A stretch of 63,588 nucleotides of DNA, the filler included, from Hyphochytrium catenoides (Eukaryota > Protista > Hyphochytriomycota), in the NCBI GenBank assembly GCA_900088475.1. It is 5 parts of 5 records of this genome, joined end to end, with 100 filler letters (N's around TTAATTAATTAA, not from the genome) between each part and the next. Parts side by side here need not be neighbours in the genome. Positions count along the whole stretch, not along the records: positions 1 to 11,250 come from FLMG01002761.1; positions 11,351 to 37,351 come from FLMG01003652.1; 3 more parts are not named here. The stretch is one strand, 5' to 3'. Within the stretch, counting starts at the first letter, position 1, and each line of letters starts with the position of its first letter. Shown here piece by piece: positions 1 to 12,368 of the stretch. The notes beneath the pieces were generated by a model. That model was given only the letters and a program-made list of their open reading frames with translations, did not search any database and was not told where the DNA came from. The position numbers were made by a program, and so were the translations under genes.

Positions 1-720
1 GAGAGAGAGAGAGAGAATGAGAGGGGGAAGAGAGAGGGGGACAGAGAGGGAAAGGGTGAGAGGTCGAGGAGAGAGAGGGGGGGAGAGAGAGGAGAGAGAG
101 ATGTAGTGATGAGGCAGAGGAAGATCAAAGATTACCAAGGTCGATAGAAGGAAGACAGAAGCAGAGGAAGAGAGAGGGAGAGAAAAAGGGAGAGAAAATG
201 GGAGAGAGAGGGAGAGACAGAGACAGGGAGAAAGAGACGGAAGAGAGTTAGACATCGATACCAGAGAAAAAAGATTGTGGAAGGGGAAGCGAGGAGCTGC
301 TGTCATAGGACTGAGAAGAGAGGAGCTATGGCAGTCAGAGAAACGCAAGTGGGCGGGAGAGACAGCAAGGAGAGCACGGGCACCCAAGGAAAAAGGCGCA
401 ACAACTCCAATGGTAGAAGAAATAACTGAAGACAGGGACGAGAAGGAGGCACGAAGGGAGAAACGGTAGGGGAGAGAGAAAGAGAGAGAGAGAGAGAGTG
501 AGAGAGAGAAAGCAGAGAGAGAGAGAGGCAAGGATAACAGAGAGGCAAAGGAACAGACACAGAGATAACAGAGAGACAAAGAGAGAGAGAGAGAGACAAA
601 GAGAGGGGAGAGAGAGAGATTGAGAAAGCAAAAAGAGAGAGAGAGCTGCCCTAAGAGACAGCTTCTCCGAGAGAGTCATAAAGAGAGAAAGGGTAGTCAG
701 CAAGCAGAGGAAAAAAAGGA
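1..720. repeat. (GA)n/purine-rich low-complexity tract, probably the (TC)-rich intron of the minus-strand BAR-like gene
   Basis: Near-continuous GA dinucleotide and purine runs; ORFs here translate as SLSL/RERE artefacts. Confidence 0.85.
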
Positions 721-725
721 CGGAC

Positions 726-1059
726 CACTTTGCGTCTGATCCATAAGCACTCTCAGGTACTCTGCCGCCTGCTGTGAGGGAGAGGCATGGAAGGGAGAAG
801 ATGAGGGAGAGACTCCCTCTCTCTTCTCTCCCTCAAAGAACCCTTCAAAGTCCTTGGCGAGCAGTCTGCTCCAGTCATGAAGAGAGCGGAGAGCAGCGAT
901 GTATCCTCTCAAGTGGGTCAGAGAGGAGTCCACTCTCCCTTTGAGCTCTCTATAGCGTAGGAAACACTGGTCAAACTTAGGGTTCTCGCTCTCTCTGTAT
1001 CGTTGGGCGCCCAGGCTGTGTAGAACCTTGTACTTGGCCCGAATGCGGACGGAGGACAT
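726..1059 (-). CDS. BAR-domain (amphiphysin/Rvs-like) protein, first exon, partial
   Basis: MSSVRIRAKYKVLHSLGAQRYRESENPKFDQCFLRYRELKGRVDSSLTHLRGYIAALRSL resembles the N-BAR helix-0 plus 'D.eF...rf..le...L...l..Y...l' pattern; followed by GT and a TC-rich intron. Confidence 0.5.
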
Positions 1060-2284
1060 GGTTCTCTCTCTCTCTCTCTCTCTCTCCCTCTCTCTCTCTC
1101 TCTCGTTCTCTCTCTCTCTCTCTCGTTCTCTCTCTCTCTCTCTCGTTCTCTCTCTCTCTCTCTCTCTGTCTCTGTCTCTCTTTCTGCGCCACAGAAGGTC
1201 AGACTACTCTCCTGATGTCCCTGCGTTGATGAGCTAGGTCTCTCCCTTGCGCCGAAGCCGTATTTCTCTCCTGATTCTCTTCTACTATCGCAGAGAAGAA
1301 GAAAGGCCTACCGATAACGGGAGAGAGGAAAGCCTTTGCCTTCTAGCTATAAAAAGAGAGAGCGACGAGGAGCAGCACCGCTGACCCATACAGGCAAGTG
1401 AGTAACATCAAGCGGGCGATGCGAGAAGGAAAAGAGAAAGAAGAGAGAGAAAGTTGGGCGAGGTGCATCTGGCCCGCGCTGAGGGGATTGGTATCTAACG
1501 TAAACGAGAGAGAAGGACCAGGATAACACTCATATAGAAGAGCCAAGCATAGANNNNNNNNNNNNNNNNNNNNNNNNNNNNNNNNNGAGAGAGAGAGAGA
1601 GAGAGAAAAAAAAAAGAGAGAGAGAGAGAGAGAGAACCAGGGAGATAAAAGAGAGGGCTAGTGAGAAGAGGGAGAAAGAGGGAGAAAGAGAAAGGGAGAG
1701 ATATAGAGACATTGACGGAGACACATATTATAGGATAGAAGAGGCATAAAGAGAGAGACAGAGGAGGAGAGACAGAGACAGAGAGAGAGACAGAGCTGCA
1801 AGATAGAATAGGGAACATCAGATGCATGTAACGCCTTTGTGATGGCACTGTAAAATTTGATAATTCACTTGTTAAATAAGACTGGGCGTTCGTCTTCCTA
1901 CGTAGGTGTCAGGAAAGGTAAATTCATATTTTAATTCACACTTAATCCGCAGTCCAAATCTTTGTATTTTACCCATTACCTCTTACTCTTTCTGTCTCCC
2001 TCCAGGCTGCATCTCCTCGCGTAGATTTACTCTATTTGACAGTATTCACTCTCCTCTCTCTCGCATGATCTATATCTTGTCAGAGATCTGTCTCACGCAC
2101 TATTTCATTTTGGCTCTGTGCCCTGTCTCTTCTGGTTCTGCCTCTTCCGTCGTCTGTCTCTCTTTCAACAGCTTCAGATATCTTCCATTTTTGAAGACGC
2201 TGACGTGTGAGCCCATGCCGCTTCTCTCTTCCCTTCGCTCTCTTTCTCCCTCCTTTCTTCTCTCTTTCTCTCTCTCTCTCTTCT

Positions 2285-2318
<34 letters not shown>

Positions 2319-2468
2319 NNNNNNNNNNNNNNNNNNNNNNNNNNNNNNNNNCTCAACTCTATTGCTTTTGCACTTCGTTATGCTATCTTCCTCTCCTGGT
2401 TGACTGTGTCGACACGTTTTGTCACTCTCAGAGTTGCAGCCGGCAGAGAAAGGGAAAAGGAGAGAAAG

Positions 2469-3903
2469 ATGAGCGTAACGGCGTGGTATACTTGGCAGCA
2501 TTCCCTGTCTTCTCTCCAGTCTGACTGGAAGAGAATACAAAGTTCCTCTGACCCCATGAAGACGCTGCTTGTAGAGAGTGATCCTCTCTTCTTCTCTTTC
2601 TCTCTCTGTCTCTTCTTCGCCTTCTCTTCCTGGTTGGTCTCAGTCATCAAACGGAACTACTCTCAGGTGGACAAGCTCTGGTCCATAACTCCCGTCATCT
2701 ATGCCTGGTGGTTTGCTTATAAGGGAGACTGGGCCCCACGTCCCCTGCTAATGACAGTGTTGATTACCCTCTGGGGCGTAAGGCTCACCTATAATTTCTC
2801 TAGGGTTGGTGCGTGTCTGCCTTTCTCTTTCTTTTGCTCTCTCTCAATCTCTCTCTCTCTCTCTCCTCCCCCTTCCCCCCCTCCTTTCTCTCTCTCTCTC
2901 TCTCCTTCTTCACCTTCTCCCTGTCTGAGGCAGCTGCCTCTTCTGGGCCCGGTGTTCAGTCTTCCGGTTCCTGCCTCTCCCATGCTGCTCTTGCTTCCTC
3001 GCCATCCTCAGCATACCCTCAACCCTACGCTATTACTCTCTCTTCATCCTGCCCTCTCCCTCCGTTCTCGATAGCTCATACCACTAACTCACTTTGTTTC
3101 GTTCCTTATTACCTTCTGTTCTTCCCACCCCGCTATATCCCTTCTCTTTACTGTCTTTTTGTCTTTCCTGCAATTTCTCTCTCTCTTTCTCCCTTTCTCT
3201 CCCTCTGCCCCGCTCTGTATGTTTATCACTCTGCCTGGTTTCCTCTCTCTATATCTTTACTTTCCTCTCTTTCTTTGTTCTTGTCCCGCTCTCTTTCTCC
3301 CTCCTCATCCCCGGCGACAGGCGGTTACTCTGGCGTGGAGGATTATCGATGGAAGATCGTGAGGGATTACCTAGCAAGCCCTTTCCTCTGGCACATCTTC
3401 AACGTCATCTTCGTGGCGTTCTACCAGCATCTGCTTCTCTACCTCATCACTCTGCCAGTCTATCTTGCAGCCGTCAACCCGAAGAGAGAGGAACGTCTCT
3501 CTCTTCTTGACTTTGGTCTGGCTTGTCTCTTCCTTGTTTTCTGGGTAGGAGAGGCGTTGTCCGACAACCAGCAGTTTAACTTCCAGACCGAGAAATATCG
3601 GAGAAAGAACAAGGGAGAGAAGCTGACAGGAGACTATGCGAAGGGCTTTAGGACAAGGTATAACGCGTGCTTTTCTTCCTCTTGGACTCCATGTCCGACT
3701 TTTCCTCCCTTGTCCCTTTCTCTTTGTCTTCGCTTTCATCTCTCTCTCTCTCTCTTTCTACCAGGGACCTTCCCCATTCTTCGGTGTATTACTGCCTCTC
3801 AAACCGGAACCTCCTGCAAAAAGCTAAGGGTCTAAACTTCACTCTTTCTCTCTCTTCTATAGCAGCGCTAAAGTCATCGTTGTTGTCTGACAAGCGCCGT
3901 CTT

Positions 3904-3936
<33 letters not shown>

Positions 3937-4478
3937 AACAGCGGCCTTTTCCGCTTCTCCCGCCATCCGAACTACTTTTGTGAGCTGAGCATGTGGGTGA
4001 CTCAGAGCGCCTTCTGCTTGGCCACCACTGGCTCTTCAAGCAATTGGACTCAGATTGGGGCTGGGCTTCTTATCCTGCTCTTCCAAGGTCAGTAAGGGAA
4101 GGCAAGAGAGAGGGAGAGAGAGAGAGATGGTGTACTTGTGAGGGAAGCAAGGGAGGAGAAGATCTCTAGCCTCTGAAGGAGATGAAGAGTGTTGGTGAAG
4201 AAGACAAAAGGACGTCAGTTACGCAGAGCGAGGGTCAAGGAGCCTATTCCGCAAGCGGCAAGAGCTTGGAAAGTGGAAAAGAGAGAAGGTTAAAGCGATC
4301 GGATGACAGATGGATGACCTCACCTTCTTCTACCCCTTCTGTGTTCTCTCTCTCTCTCTTAGGTTCCACAGCTCTCACCGAGTCCATCACCGCGTCCAAG
4401 TATCCTCAGTATAAAGACTATCAGAAGACGACTTCAAGGCTTATCCCTTGGTTCCCAGGAAAGCAAAAGCGGCAATAG
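2469..4478 (+). CDS. DUF1295 / steroid 5-alpha-reductase-like multi-pass membrane protein; exons ~2469-2808, 3321-3657, 3942-4087, 4363-4478
   Basis: Motifs NYSQVDKLWSI, WGVRLTYNF, EDYRW, DNQQFNFQ, GLFRFSRHPNYFCE, STALTESIT..KYPQYKDYQ; three GT-AG introns that preserve frame. Confidence 0.92.
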
Positions 4479-4940
4479 ACGACAATCTCTTTCCCTACCT
4501 ACATCCTTTCTCTCTCTCTCTCTCTCTCTCGTTCTCCTTTGAAATGGCCTTACTTAAAAAAGTCGTTCGAGCCTGGAATAAAAAGATGAATCCCGCCACC
4601 TCTCACAGTCAGCGTCTGTCTCTCTGAGACTAGAGTGGATTGAAGCAGTAGGAAAGATCACGAAAGGGAGAAAGGATGAATAGGCAAGACAACCCGAAAG
4701 AGAGACAGATCCGTTTAAAGGGTGTTATAGTGAGAATAGGAGAGCGAGCGATTGCTTTTTTTCATCAGTAGAGAAAAAGAACCAGCAACCACTTCTCCTT
4801 CGCCGTGTCTCTCTCTCTCTCTCTCTCTGTGTGCGTAGCAAACTGGATCTTGGTGCTTTTGGAGGGTCTTGTCTTTTTCTCATCCGTTGCTTTGACCATC
4901 CTACTTCACGGATATGGCCCCTCTTCCTGTCTAACTTATT

Positions 4941-7624
4941 TCATTCTGCGTGGGTACAGACGCCATCTGTTTCACAATGTTTCTCTCCTTCTCCTCCTTC
5001 GGTTTCTTCGAAGCTTTCTTCATGTCTCTGATACTCTCCGTCTAGTGTCTTGCCTTTTGACTGTCTCTCTGTTTGAACCCGATGCACAAAGCTTTGAATC
5101 TCTGTCTTCGTTAAGGCTTCCCATCCTTGATCGGCCGGTAGGAAGTGCCCTGCGCCTTGTACCAACCTCAGGGTTGACTTCGGAAAGCGTTCCGCCAGAT
5201 GCATGGCCCATGAAGGAGAGGAGCATAAGTCTGTTGAAAGTCGAGAAGTGGCATAAGCAAGAAAGCAATACTGTTAGAAATGGGTGCAAGGGAGCTTCTG
5301 GACTCATAATTGTCAGGCTGATTTGAACGACACCAAAAGGAAAGCAAGGCAGCTATCAAAACAAGGCCAGGTCAAAGTTTCAAGCTGAGCCTAGAGTCCC
5401 CCGCGGTGGCCCTGCATGAGAGAGGGTAAGGAGATAAGAGAAAAAAGCGGGGAGCGAGGAAATCGTTAGCGCCAGTGGGTTACATTTATACCTGATAAGC
5501 CTTGGGCAATAAATACTGGGATGTCTGTCTTCCCTCTTCCTCCTTTTGTCGTAAGATCTCTCTCCTTCTCCCTCCGTGCTTCCACTTCGTCTATATGAAG
5601 CCCCTCGGCACGGAGAGACCGAGGAAACTGAGTCCAAACAAAGGCATTGAGTAGCTCTCCTAATGCACTGCCCTCCGGATCTACGTCCTATCATTACGTT
5701 AGGGACAAAGCCATTAGTCTACGTGGAAAGAGAGACCCAGGACTTGGCTGACACCTCGATATAGGCTCTGGAAAAAGTGGCACTAGCAAAGGACAAGCAA
5801 CGGAGAGGATACGGAGAGACTTAACTCAGCCCATGGCAGACGGCTGAGGATAGAAAGCATATAAGAGACAGATGACCCTACTCGTCTCAGAAAGGGCGTC
5901 CTGATAAACTCTGGCAGAGCTGCGTAGAAGTAGCCCCAGTTGTCGGACTGAATGGGAGAGCAAATTCTTNNNNNNNNNNNNNNNNNNNNNNNCTATGCTC
6001 TGTCCCTGCTGCTTTATCTCTCTCATCCGGTTAAAACTTCTCTCAGGTGTCTCCACCTATCAGGAGCAACTCAAAGGTCACCCCAAAGCTCGAACCATGC
6101 CCGAGGGAGAGAGCGAAGCAAAGGACTAGGGACAGTCGAGAGGAAAGAGTATAAAGAAGTTAGAGGAGGACAAACCTGTGCTGTTCAACCATTCTCTGCG
6201 CTATAGCACATCCCTCCTCAAAGGCCAATATAGTCGCCTTCGTAACTCTCATCACATCCATCAGAGAGGCCAAAAGGTCAGCCTGAGCGTTCCAGCTTAC
6301 TTGGTTTCCTGTGCCGCGGAGGTTACAGAGGGTCAGAGGAACCGGAAAGGAGCGAGACATGGCGAGAGTACAGAAAGCGAGAGAAAGAGCTTAAACGAGA
6401 GGAGGCAATGGAACGCCGCATGGGGTCAAAGTTAGCACAAAATAATGCTTTCTGAGCATATGAAGTAGACAGCTAAAATGGGGAACAGCGGCGGTGAGAT
6501 GCTACTCTCTGTACCCTGTGCAGGGGTGCGCAGATACCCAGGCCTACTGAAGGCAATGAATCTGGAGCTTTTCTCAGCCTCCGGGAATGTCGCGCGCAGG
6601 AGCTGAAGCCCTTGATCATAGCCACCTAGGGAGCACAGTAGTCAATTACAAGGAAGAAATATAGAGAAAGTCAGATGCGGAAGGGAGAGAGGGGCAGAGA
6701 CACGGGGATCTAGAGAAAGAGAGAGGAGGGAGGAAGAAGAGAGACACATACAGAGGTAGGCGGGGTGGGTTGAGAAACGAATGTGGGAACTTGAGAGAGA
6801 GAAGAGAGGCATCATAGGGGAACGGTCATGAGTAAGCGTATCAGTTGCTCTCCCGCCTAGTTACCTGGGCTGCCGTGAAGAGCAACGTAGACGTCTTCAC
6901 TATCGGACCTTCCCGTCTCAATAACTTCCACTGTCTGTTCTGTCCCTGTCACTACTAGTTCACTCGCGTTATGTAGCTTCATCTTCATCTTGTGAGTCCA
7001 TTGTTGGACGCCAAGCTGGTATACATAGTACTCGAGAGTGCCAAAGATTAGCAAGATAATGATCACATCCCGAAAGATGGCCAATGGATGCCTCATCTGG
7101 ACCTTCATTTTTGCCTTCCGTGCTTTTCTAGCTTCTTTTTTTTCGAGCTCTTGTCGAGAAGCTTCGTCCATTTCGGACTCTTCATCCTCCGTCAGCAGCC
7201 TATCTTCCTCCGTGGTAGAGGACCCAGCATGGTCACCTGAGGATGAAGTTATGTCACTCTTGTCTGCCACCTTCTCCTGCAGCTCCTCTTGAGCTAGTCC
7301 TTTGCTCCGTTCTTCCTCTTTGTTCCGTCGAAGTTCCTCATCACGCTGCTGTTGAAGCTCACTCAGAGCGGCTGAGTTATGTCTACGCGCCTGCGCTATT
7401 CTTGCTCTGATCTTCTGCATAGAGTCGCCTTCCGTGGCACCTTGGGAGTAGAGAGATGTCGTAGGATCCATTGTCGCTTGTGTTGACCCAAGGTCTTCCA
7501 AGCGCGTTCTTGGCGCCGTCCTTTCAAGTTTCATTCCATAACTCACTCCTTGTAGCGCCTACGTATAAACAGGTTCGCATTGGCATTTCCCTGTGACGCT
7601 GGTTCTTTACACTTCGTCGGCCAT
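4941..7624 (-). CDS. Membrane-anchored alpha/beta-hydrolase-fold protein with N-terminal coiled-coil/acidic region; atypical nucleophile elbow; multi-exon with an internal N gap
   Basis: Spliced motifs VALHGSPG|GYDQG, FSRPGYLRTP, QADLLASLMD, ILAFEEG and C-terminal LVQGAGHF; TM segment VIIILLIFGTLEYYVY; micro-exon MADE at 7624-7613. Confidence 0.75.
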
Positions 7625-8410
7625 GAAGTCTTGGAATAGGGTACGCGCTAAGGGGCTACGTGGCACCTTAGATAAGCCCTCTTCTCCAACAATGGCATAG
7701 AACTATGCTTCCTGGGTTCTTATCGCCAGTAGTGTCGCAGGAAAGGGCGATAAAAAGCTTCATAAATCCGAATTATCATCGAGAAAGATAATCAATCTGA
7801 GCTCGTTCTATTTGACTTTCCCACGGAAGTAAAGGACTTTCCCACATTCTGGACCAGTTCATAGGGGAGACCCCCACAAACCCTCCCGGGGTGTAGGAAG
7901 TTACCCCCCTGGGTACGGTAAACACGGCAAAAGGCATGCAGGTGGCTCCGTAAGCCTTAGAAGGCCAGGGTGTCTCCCCTGGCGGTGCGTTGAATGCGCA
8001 GAAATGAAGCTCAGAAAGTCTTCGAAATTGTTGGCGCATTATTATTGCTTCAGTCATCTCAGTAGCCAGATCTCCATAACTCTATCATCTCGAGCCTTCG
8101 ACAGAGATTGGTAGAGAAGATTGGTTGAGCCTCAGCTTATGCTTTATCACGCAGGGCATAAAGGGCGAGTGACTAGCTTATGAAAGGTATAGTCCTATTG
8201 CCGATGATGAGGCTTTCGTTTCGGTTGCCTTGCTCCTCTCTACCGTTCACTAAGAAAGAGATCCGATAGCCTTCTTTCTAATATGTCTTTGGCTTTGCCA
8301 TGCAATCCGATCTAGCCGGGGTGTCGGATCCTTTTAGATAAGCGCTAGATTTAGGAACTCTCCACCCGGCGTTGTCCGTTGGCTCGATAGCCAAGAGCAT
8401 ATTCAATAGG

Positions 8411-11114
8411 ATGAGCGGCCAATGGCCCAACCCAGGTCCTGGGCAGCTGGCTGCTCCCCACTACCCGCAAGTATACCCGCAGGTTACATCTGTGGGTGTC
8501 TCAGATCAAGGGAAGGCGGGAAACCTGACTGGACACTACTATCAGCAACCGCAGCCGCATGTCGCGGCAGCCGCTCCTCCTGGCGCTCTTCTTCCTCTCC
8601 CTGTCCCTGCTGGCTCTCAGATGCCCATTACCCCTTCGTATGCGTGGCATACTGCTTATTCTGCTGAAGGTAGACTTGACTCTGGATAAAGAAAACGAGA
8701 AGATAACGAAAAATAGAAGGGAGAGGAGGCAACCGCGTATATAGTCATAGCAGTTTTCTCAGTGCACCACCTTTCTAGATTGCCTTCCCTTATGCTCCAA
8801 ATGTTCCCTTAACAGCGGCAGCGTCTACAATGGCTCTTCTCCCTGTCTCCTTCTACTTTTGGGGAAGACGTCGCCTTTCCGCTATCTCTTTTGGTGCCTA
8901 CCTCTCCCTTAGCGTCCTATGTCTCTCTGCCTGTATGGCAACCTCTGGTCGTTCACAACTAAAAGAGGAAAGCTGACGGAGTGCCCACCTTCCAGCACCC
9001 CCAGGGGTAGAGCTTAATGATAAACAACGCCAAACAGCAGGAGGACAAAGCGCGGCGCCCGGACCCTCTGTTATCCCAGCCCAATGGTCCATTGTCCACA
9101 AAATCTCTCTCTCTCTGTCTCTTTCCTTCTTTCTCCTTCTGGCTTCCCTCCTGGCCCACACCTCGTCGTCTCCCTTCCAACCCTTGCCGGCCATTAGAGC
9201 CGCCCCCGTAACAAGATGAAGCAAGAGAGGGAAAGCACTGAGAGACATGTCACTGACTCTCTCACTCTTATCCAGGAATACCGCTGTCTCCCATAATCCT
9301 GGACCTCCTCCCGGACCTCCTTCTGGTTATTACCAGGGAACAACAGATGAAGAAGCTCCTAGGGAGAGGTAATAGAACTCTCGTTTGTCTCTTGGTAGTG
9401 TGCTGTCGTTTCCGCTCTGTATGCTCCAACTATCGGCCCTGTCTACCGCTCTCACCCTGTGGGATAGTTGTGTGAGTATTCGACGCGTCTGTATCGGTGA
9501 CTGCTCTCCACAGCTTGAGTGTACTCTGCTTAACATGAGACGGAAATCTATCTTTGCCTTTATCTGTCAGCAGGCAGCGCTCTAGGTCTAGGGAAAGAGG
9601 TTGGAGAGGAGGAGAGAAACATGGAGGAGGGAGGAAAAGAGAAGGCAACTACAACCATGGAGATCATGGGGAGGATAGTGGTGGAGATAGTAAAAGCAGA
9701 CATAGAGATAGGGACCATGGCCGCAAGGTAGGACCCGGTCCTTCATTTCTCTTCGTTCTTTCTCACGGCATCTTCATTCTGGTTTTTTGATTTTGCTCTC
9801 TCTTCTCTAGCACAACGCATACAACTCCATCTCTGTATACCCTCGATCTGCCTTAATTAGCATTTGCCCCTTATGGTTCCTGCTTTGGTTAATATTCTCA
9901 CCTGGAAGTTCTTCGTCTGATCACCTTATGTCACTAAAGCGGAGGAGAAGCAGAAGTCGCAGTCGCAGTCCCGGGCATAGCAGCAGAACAGGAGAGAGAG
10001 AACGAGAGAGAGAAAACAACAGAGATCGCCGTGATGATAGGCGAAGGAGGAGACAGGATGACGAGGGTGGTCACTATGGTCCCGGAGGCGAGGAATTCGG
10101 TAAGAAGGCGACGTTCCTGGCTACTCGTTGATAGTCTTTTGTTTTCTGGCTCTCGCATACCGGCCAGTTCTAGGCCTTGCTAAGTACTCCTGCCTTTCTT
10201 GTCCTCTAAAGCCCACCTGGCACTTCATGCACTGCATGCCAGCCTCGTAGCCATTGCCCCTGAGTCATTTTAGTGAACTTAGCTTGTGACTCTTTGTGCT
10301 CGGTTCAGCTCTCCGATTCTTCATTCTGGGACCATAAGGTCTCTTTTCTGCCTTCATTGAATCGTCCATCACGTTGACCTTGGCTCATTTTGCTGCCTTG
10401 ATCCCCAGATCGCCCAGATGAAGGTCAGAAGGGCCCTCGGGGCCCCTCCTCCAGTATCATCATCCGGGGCCTGGCGCCAACGACGACGGAGAGTACGGTG
10501 AGCTACTCCATTCTTGTGTCGCAGCGTCTCTTTCTCTTTCCTCTCTTTTGGCCCGACACCGTTTCCATGCTTGCTGGCTGAATGAGGTGTGGCTCTTAAT
10601 CGGACATGTCGCACACTTTTCGCCCTACTTTGGCTTTATTATTGCCTCTTGTTAGCCGGGTTACTTCATATATCTCGCTCTCACTGGACCTCTGTCCCTG
10701 ATTCCACTAGCTTTGGAACGCCCTGGCTGCTCATCTTCCTCAGTATGTGCGGCTTATGGTCAACAAGGTGAGGACTCATAGCAAAACTCAGTAGAAGACC
10801 GTAATAGTTCTAGAGCCAGCTGTTCACGGGCTCCCCTTGGAGGAGAGAGGCCAAGGCAATAAGAAGCCCACACGCGTCATAGATAGAGAAACTTTGGCGG
10901 AAAAATCTGACGAGTTTCTTCTATGCGCTTTGACTTTTTTTGATATCCAGCTTCCTCCCTTTGAAGTTCCGCGGCCCACTAATCTTTCTCCAATAGCTAA
11001 CAGCGCCTCTCTCCTGCACTCTTTATCGGCTGTAGCAAACGGGTGAGTCGCGAGGCTTTGCTTTTGCGGACTTTGGGACTGTGGAAGCTGCCGAAATGGT
11101 CATGAATGCTTTCG
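8411..11114 (+). CDS. RBM5/RBM10-like splicing factor (Pro/Gln-rich, RS-rich, RRM); 3' end cut off by contig end
   Basis: Exons give RRRSRSRSRSP, then PSSSIIIRGLAPTTTEST|LWNALAAHLPQYVRLMVNK|QTGESRGFAFADFGTVEAAEMVM (RNP2 and RNP1 in the style of RBM5/10/SUA). Confidence 0.75.
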
Positions 11115-11250
11115 GTAAGGAACAAATACTGCTTAACTCTAAATCTTTCGTCTCAGCCTCGTCCCTTTCCCTATCTGCTGCCAGATCACTTTCTCTCCAT
11201 AACTAACAACCTGCCCGTTCTTCGCATCTTAAACGGTTCAGGGGGCTCCG

Positions 11251-11350
11251 NNNNNNNNNNNNNNNNNNNNNNNNNNNNNNNNNNNNNNNNNNNNTTAATT
11301 AATTAANNNNNNNNNNNNNNNNNNNNNNNNNNNNNNNNNNNNNNNNNNNN
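11251..11350. other. Artificial contig linker (N44-TTAATTAATTAA-N44)
   Basis: TTAATTAATTAA at 11295-11306 has stops in all six frames and is flanked by Ns; the same 100-nt spacer occurs four times. Confidence 0.97.
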
Positions 11351-11388
11351 GCTTTTATTACGGGTTTAGCTAAGATCTTTCTTCGCAG

Positions 11389-12103
11389 ATCTTGATCACA
11401 CGGCAGACGTCCAACTGCATGCCTGTAAGTGTACCTGGCCAGCTCCCTCCTTCAATAGTATACCAGCTCCATATCGTCCTCCACCCTCACAATTCTCATT
11501 CAATCTCCCTTTGTTGTCCTTAATACGGCTTCGGGGATGTATATGCTTGCTTCTGCCGGACTGAACCTTCCTACCCAGGGGGAAAAGACGTCAAGGAGGC
11601 CCTCGAAGGCATTGTGGTCTGCATGTTTGGGTACATGACTGAGTTAGAGACTGTCGACATCGATTCAGAACTTGAGATTCTGGTAGAAGCTGACGGTATG
11701 CACCAGTCTCTCCCTGGTCTAAGAGACATGTTGGGATTTAACTTTTGGTCCATCTTCTTTTATCAATGTGTCGAAGGCCATGATATGCTGTCACTCCTCT
11801 ACAACTACATGGATGAGTTCCTTTTTCAGTTCGCGACAGAAGACAAAGTGTGCAAGCGAGTCAAGATTGAGACTTTAGACCTTGAAAGCTTCAGCATTAA
11901 AGCCAGAGGGTAGGTGGACACAGTCTTGGTGAACCTTTCCCTCAATGATGTGTTGGTCTTGCAGCTTTGGCGAGCGCTTTGACATCAAAAAGCACCCTCA
12001 AGGAACCGAGATCAAGGCCATAACGTATTCCAACATGCAAGTGCGGGCTCCTGAGGAGAATGAGGACGGAAAGGCACATATCTATGTTATCGTTGATATC
12101 TAG
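11389..12103 (+). CDS. ZBTB8OS: Archease (tRNA-ligase RtcB cofactor), 5' partial, multi-exon
   Basis: LDHTADVQLHA, MFGYMTEL, LLYNYMDEFLF, GERFDIKKHPQGTEIKAITYSNMQV, IYVIVDI-stop are archease hallmarks. Confidence 0.95.
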
Positions 12104-12368
12104 CTGGAGTCGAGCGAACAGGCTTTGTAAAGAAGTGGCTCCGTCTCTAGCGGCCTTGAAGGTGCTGTACGACTTGCAATGCATGATTTAGTAGGCGGTG
12201 CAGTCCCAAAGGTAAAATGGGGCAGGATAGCCCTGAAAGGACAATAGATGCTTTCTTTGGTCCCTGACCTCAAAAGAAGATTTACCTCTCTTCAGAATAA
12301 AGCAGCCGCGTGTGGACCGGCTGTGCACGATAACGTTACGCTTGTCTGTCCTCGAGCTAATAACTATA

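Noticed and set aside
1343-1850. Possible terminal exons of a minus-strand membrane-protein gene
   Set aside because: Interrupted by an N gap and low-complexity sequence; no consistent frame or family could be established.
275-2400. Many SLSLSL / RERERE ORFs (also 46073-46510, 53275-54158, 59293-63210)
   Set aside because: Translations of GA/TC microsatellites in introns and UTRs, not proteins.
8640-8672. WW-domain-like start (AWHTAYSAEG) in the RBM5-like gene
   Set aside because: No downstream exon supplying the YY..W half of the domain was found.
11295-11306. TTAATTAATTAA palindrome (also 37396, 52970, 61930) as a biological motif or piggyBac-type site
   Set aside because: Always centred in a 100-nt N spacer and gives stops in six frames: an assembly linker.
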